DNA of 64,000 nucleotides from Plasmodiophora brassicae (Eukaryota): NCBI GenBank assembly GCA_036867785.1, contig CP145409.1, positions 682,001 to 746,000 of the forward strand, read 5' to 3'. Shown piece by piece: positions 59,667 to 64,000 of this stretch (position 1 is its first letter; each line of letters starts with the position of its first letter). The notes under the pieces were generated by a model. It saw only the letters and a program-made list of their open reading frames with translations, ran no database searches and was not told where the DNA came from. The position numbers and the translations under genes were made by a program.

Positions 59667-59986
59667 TCACTGCTGAGATGCCACATTTTATATACTGTTC
59701 CTCGTTGGCATCCCGTTCGCTGTGAACACTCTGCTGCGGCATCGTACCACCGTACCGTACCCCAGGAGCCTGTGCACTTACGCCAGAGAACGAACTTCGC
59801 AGTCATGGGGGAATCGTGAAGCCCTACGTAGAATGTTCGCGATGGTTGGTGATGAATATTTGCGAGTTCCGCAGTGGCGGTCGGTGTCGTAGCGGAGTCC
59901 CCGTACGTTCCTAGTTGCACTTAACGGTCGACGTCGTGTGTCGCCGTTACAGGCGTATTGTCCGCCGCGCTTAGCCGGACCGGGCA

Positions 59987-61357
59987 ATGGATGTTGTCGT
60001 CGACAGCGACAACGATGAACGCCCGTGCGCGTGTCGAGCGGCCGCGAACGGCGACGACGGCGGCTTCTGGTGCAACCAGATGAAGCTCTGCATTCTGCTG
60101 TACGTCCTGTCGAACTCGCTGTGTATCGTGACCGTGAAGTTCATCAATTACCGTTACGAGTTCGTATTACCCATGATGTGGGCAATGCTGTCGGAGACAA
60201 CATGGATCGCATCTATCCCTTTGTTCTTCCTTTTCAACCGGACCCGACCTCGTCGTATCTCGTTTATTCCACCGTTAAGAATTCTCAGTGTCTGTGCCCT
60301 TATTGGAACCGGATACTCCATTAGTAAGACAATCATATCCTACTCTGAGAGTACGTGCTTTGCTGCCATTCGTCAGATTGAGCGCTGACTGTGACGAACA
60401 GATGTGCTCCCTGGATCAGTTTACGCCATCCTGTCGTCTTTGGATATTCTTTTCAATGGCGTCTTCAGCCGAATTGTGTTTGGCAAACGCCTATCGAACA
60501 CGAATACCATTGCGGTACTTTTGGTCATCGCTGGCGTGTTACCCAACGCGCTGACCTCTGTCGTTATTGCGGACAAGCACCGCGACGCAACTGATAAGGC
60601 GATTGATGTCACGGGACTTGCTCTGGCGGTCGCGATCCCTGTTGCAATCCTTGGTATCGCTGAGCAAGCGTTCAGCACAGTTGCGTCGTCGTACATTCTA
60701 AAGCGCAGGATTCGTGAACAGACGAATGTTTCACCATCGTCAGACCCATCGGTAATGATTAGCGGTATGCGAACGTGCGCTCCATGTTGGTCACGAAACT
60801 TACTAACGTTTGTAGTGGCATCACTGTCCGATGTGGATTGCACCGATAACGTCGTGTTTATCATTCAGTACTCGTCATGGGTGTCGTTAATTGCATTCTT
60901 GGGAATGTGCATTCCGTTGTACTTCTCGGGCGAAGCGCACCTCTGGTGGCCCACCTTGCGGTCTGCATTCGATGGCTCGGGTACCGTCAAGCATGCCGGC
61001 TACGACGCTGTGCTTGGCCTATCTGTTGCTGCTGCTATCACGATAGCAACCCGTATGTACATGCGGTTGGCCAAGTACTATATCTGTTCGCTTCGGACAG
61101 CATTCACGTTTGCTGCTGTCAAACCGTTGCCGCGCATTCTCCAGATTCTGGTCCTCTGCTTGGCAATGGGAGAAGTGATTACGATTGCTAAGGTCATCGG
61201 CATGGTTCTGACGACTGCAGGCTTTCTCGTGCATGTCCATGGCCAGCAACGGCGCAGACTGTACCATGGAACACCGGCTCGAGGAAGTTCACCGTGCCGA
61301 TGCCCTAACCGGTCCAGTGAAATGCCGACTTCTCTGAGTGCACCACTACTGCAGTAA
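59987..61357 (+). CDS. DMT-superfamily solute transporter (purine permease/SLC35-like)
   Basis: Many TM helices; LPGSVYAILSSLDILFNGVFSRIVFGKR, MGEVITIAKVIGMVL. Confidence 0.75.
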
Positions 61358-61409
61358 ACCACAACTGTGCTCTTCATCATCGCATTTGCCATTGTCAGCA
61401 TTCGTCCAT

Positions 61410-64000
61410 TTAGCATTGAGTCTGACTTTTCCTGATGTTCGCGATGACTCCCGGAGGAGGCCGGTACTCCAGTTGCTTCCGGATTATCGTCAGATAGGAG
61501 CCCCATGCCTACATAGCTACATGCCCAACTTACACGACGACTCGCCGAGGCCGCTTTCTCTCTCGTGTGCAGTCTGGCAGCAAACCGGACTCGTTTGTCA
61601 TGCGAACGCACTTGACGCTGTGATGAGACAGCCTTCGACCTCTCCAATCTAAGAATCAACCCAAAGGTCATATCTTGAGGTGCCGTGGACACGGAGGGCA
61701 ATCCTTACTCGGCGTCAATCTCCCTGTAGCGCTGCTGCACTGCAACGGTCCTTGCAAGCACAGCTCGATCGCGGTCGGCCTTCTCTTGCTTCAGGACCTG
61801 AAAACAGTTTACACTCCGCTTCTTCGAAGGCTCCTCGCTACAAGGGCTACCTGTGCAGAAACGGTGGCGCGCTCTATCGACGATTGCTGCGCCGATTTGA
61901 CCGCCCGACTGGCGGCTTCCTGTTCAAGCGCATGTGTCACAAGCAAGATGATGGTACTCGTTCGCGGTTGCGTTACTTCGCTGGACGCCATCATCCGATT
62001 CATGCGCCGTTCGTGCTGAACATTCTCGTCGTGTTCTTTCTGACTCAGCACGCGAGGCACTGCGTTGCGCTGGATACGCTCGGCGCGGTGCCTGTCTCTC
62101 TCCTCGCACAACGCCGCACACTGAATTTGGGCCTGTGGCATCAACACCCACCAATGTCGGAACGTAAGCGATGAATACTTGTGCCAAGGTTACGTACCTG
62201 GTCCTCTTGATGCTGCCGCTGCAGGGCAGATTGCTCACGGTGGGCCTGCTTCTCCAATCTTCTCTGGGCTCCCACCGAAAGCCGAGTTTCCCTGGCCTGA
62301 AGGACACGCGCCGTTTTCTCTTCGATGTACCTTTGCGACACTTGCTTGGATGTCTGGATGCCTTGCTGCTTGGTCTGACAGACGCTCCACGTTTAGTCCG
62401 ATGGGTGGTTTGAAAAGCGGGCGCAATTCGACCTGTAGCTGCCGCATGTGCTCCTCTTTGATAAGTTCGCCCCGTTGTTTCATTTCCACGATGGACATTT
62501 CCGCCATCAGTCCGCGCCGACTCGACGTCGTGGGATCGAACGACTCATGATGGTCTTCGACCCTGACCAAACATAAGTTCATTCGTCACGTACATGAACG
62601 GCCTGACTGTACAGCGGACTCTTACCTGGCCCGCGCCGAAGCCTTCATTATCCGAATCCGCCGAACTAAGTCGACGACTTGCACACGCCGATGGTCTGCG
62701 ATGGCGCTCTTCTCGTTAGCCAACGACCTCAGGAGGCCACGAACGACGCTCGAGATGCCGCGGGATTTCGACATTAGACTTTCAACGCGCTGATCGGGAA
62801 CACCTGACAGCATCGTTACAACGACCCCCTTTGTGTCGCTTAAATGAATCCTACCGATGTGTGACGACCGTATGCATCTTGCAACATGAACGCGCTTCTC
62901 GTGGTCAATTTCGTCAAACGCACGTCGAGCTGCCTGCAGGCGTCTGAGATGAACGTCTTGGATGCGAGCCTGCTCTTTCTTCCTGTCGAACGTCTGCTTC
63001 CGATTCTCTCGAACGGCAAGCGTTTGCCGGTAAGCGTCCGCTTTGCGCGCGTGAACACTCTGGGCCTTAACGACCTCATCCCGAGCTTCTTGCTCTCGTC
63101 GCCATTCCTGTACACAGAGCAATTGTTAGGACTTTGCCATTGGGCACGCGACACGTTTACCCACATCGAAGTCCAGCCTATCCATCATGTCGACCTCGAA
63201 CGCCTTCATTACCTGAACCTGTGACTCCTGACGGCGCCGTGCCAGGCACTCTTCGCGGAGGATTGCTGACTTTGACATCGGGATACTTGATAGGCTGACG
63301 GCCGTCAGTGGCCTTGTCCGCATGCCAACCTGATCTCCACGATCAGTTTTCCGTGTCATCGCCCGCATCTCCCGCTACTGACATTGCTGGACGCGTTTGG
63401 AACGCCCTGCTCACGCGGGTCTGGATCAACATGGTCTGTTCGTATCCTCGCAGGGGCTGTCATCAGCTGGACGGGGACCTTCGCATGTTCCTCTTGCCAG
63501 TGCTTAATCGACATCTGAAGCAGTCGGCTTCTTCGTTGCTTTTTCTCATCATTGATCTCAACCAGACGTGGTTTCCACAATGCCGGCGTCCTGGTGTCAC
63601 CGTCAGCGCAGACACATTTGCTTGTTAGCAAACTGATTCGTACATGGTGGAGGTCGCCTTGATCCTGGCGTCAATGCGAATAGGGTCGATGCGGCATTCA
63701 CATGGAATATTATCGGTGGCGAACGAGAACGGCATTGCTGTTGTCACCTGCCGCTGACTGCGGGTGTCCATGGCAGAAGCGGCGCGGCGTGGTACGCGCG
63801 CCCTGCCAGGTGGAGCCAAGGCCTGAGTCGACCACGACATCAAAGATTCTTGATGCAGTCGAAGCGGATTGAGGACGCGCTTCTCTGTGTACGATCTGTC
63901 GAGGTGTCGCGACAGGTGGGAGCATAGAATTCCCGTGTCGGTTAGATCGCCAACAACAAACTGGACGAACAGCGCGACCTTGACCGGGTTCGGGTGGCAC
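61410..64000 (-). CDS. Hypothetical charged coiled-coil protein, multi-exon; both ends approximate
   Basis: Series of minus-strand R/E/Q-rich exons separated by short GT-AG introns. No family recognised. Confidence 0.5.

Noticed and set aside
61078-61410. Apparent coding overlap between the DMT transporter and the last minus-strand gene
   Set aside because: An alternative spliced frame stops at 61410 and removes the overlap; unresolved without transcripts.
1-64000. Prokaryotic-style systems (operons, CRISPR, defence islands)
   Set aside because: The window is intron-rich eukaryotic DNA, and neighbouring genes are functionally unrelated, with no evident cluster.

Overview
Gene-dense, GC-rich eukaryotic DNA with many short (about 50-60 nt) GT-AG introns. 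Flagellar/centrosomal genes (enkurin, CCDC153-like, CEP70-like) point to a flagellated protist. A plasmodiophorid such as Plasmodiophora would fit, but that assignment is inference only. I can support about 35 protein genes, mostly housekeeping: PP4R3, HSP20, an SR protein, AP-4 sigma, a RhoGEF, a BET bromodomain protein, ALDH7, POT1, alanine aminotransferase, MnmE/GTPBP3, eRF3, MCTS1 and others. There is also a non-autonomous hAT element, a Copia RT remnant and several hairpins. The most notable observations are: (1) a transcription-factor gene that appears to splice a CG-1 (CAMTA-type) DNA-binding domain in frame to an atypical bZIP and a DOG1/TGA-like tail; (2) an intronless, secreted, possibly GPI-anchored PL7 lyase whose QIH catalytic motif reads QIV; (3) a hAT element with two inverted BED-finger remnants that differ mostly at synonymous sites; (4) a POT1 with no room for OB2 between OB1 and the C-terminal OB; (5) unexplained structured non-coding segments. 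Gene models were spliced by eye and family calls rest on recalled motifs, not searches. Ends marked approximate are uncertain. No rRNA, tRNA or CRISPR array was seen.
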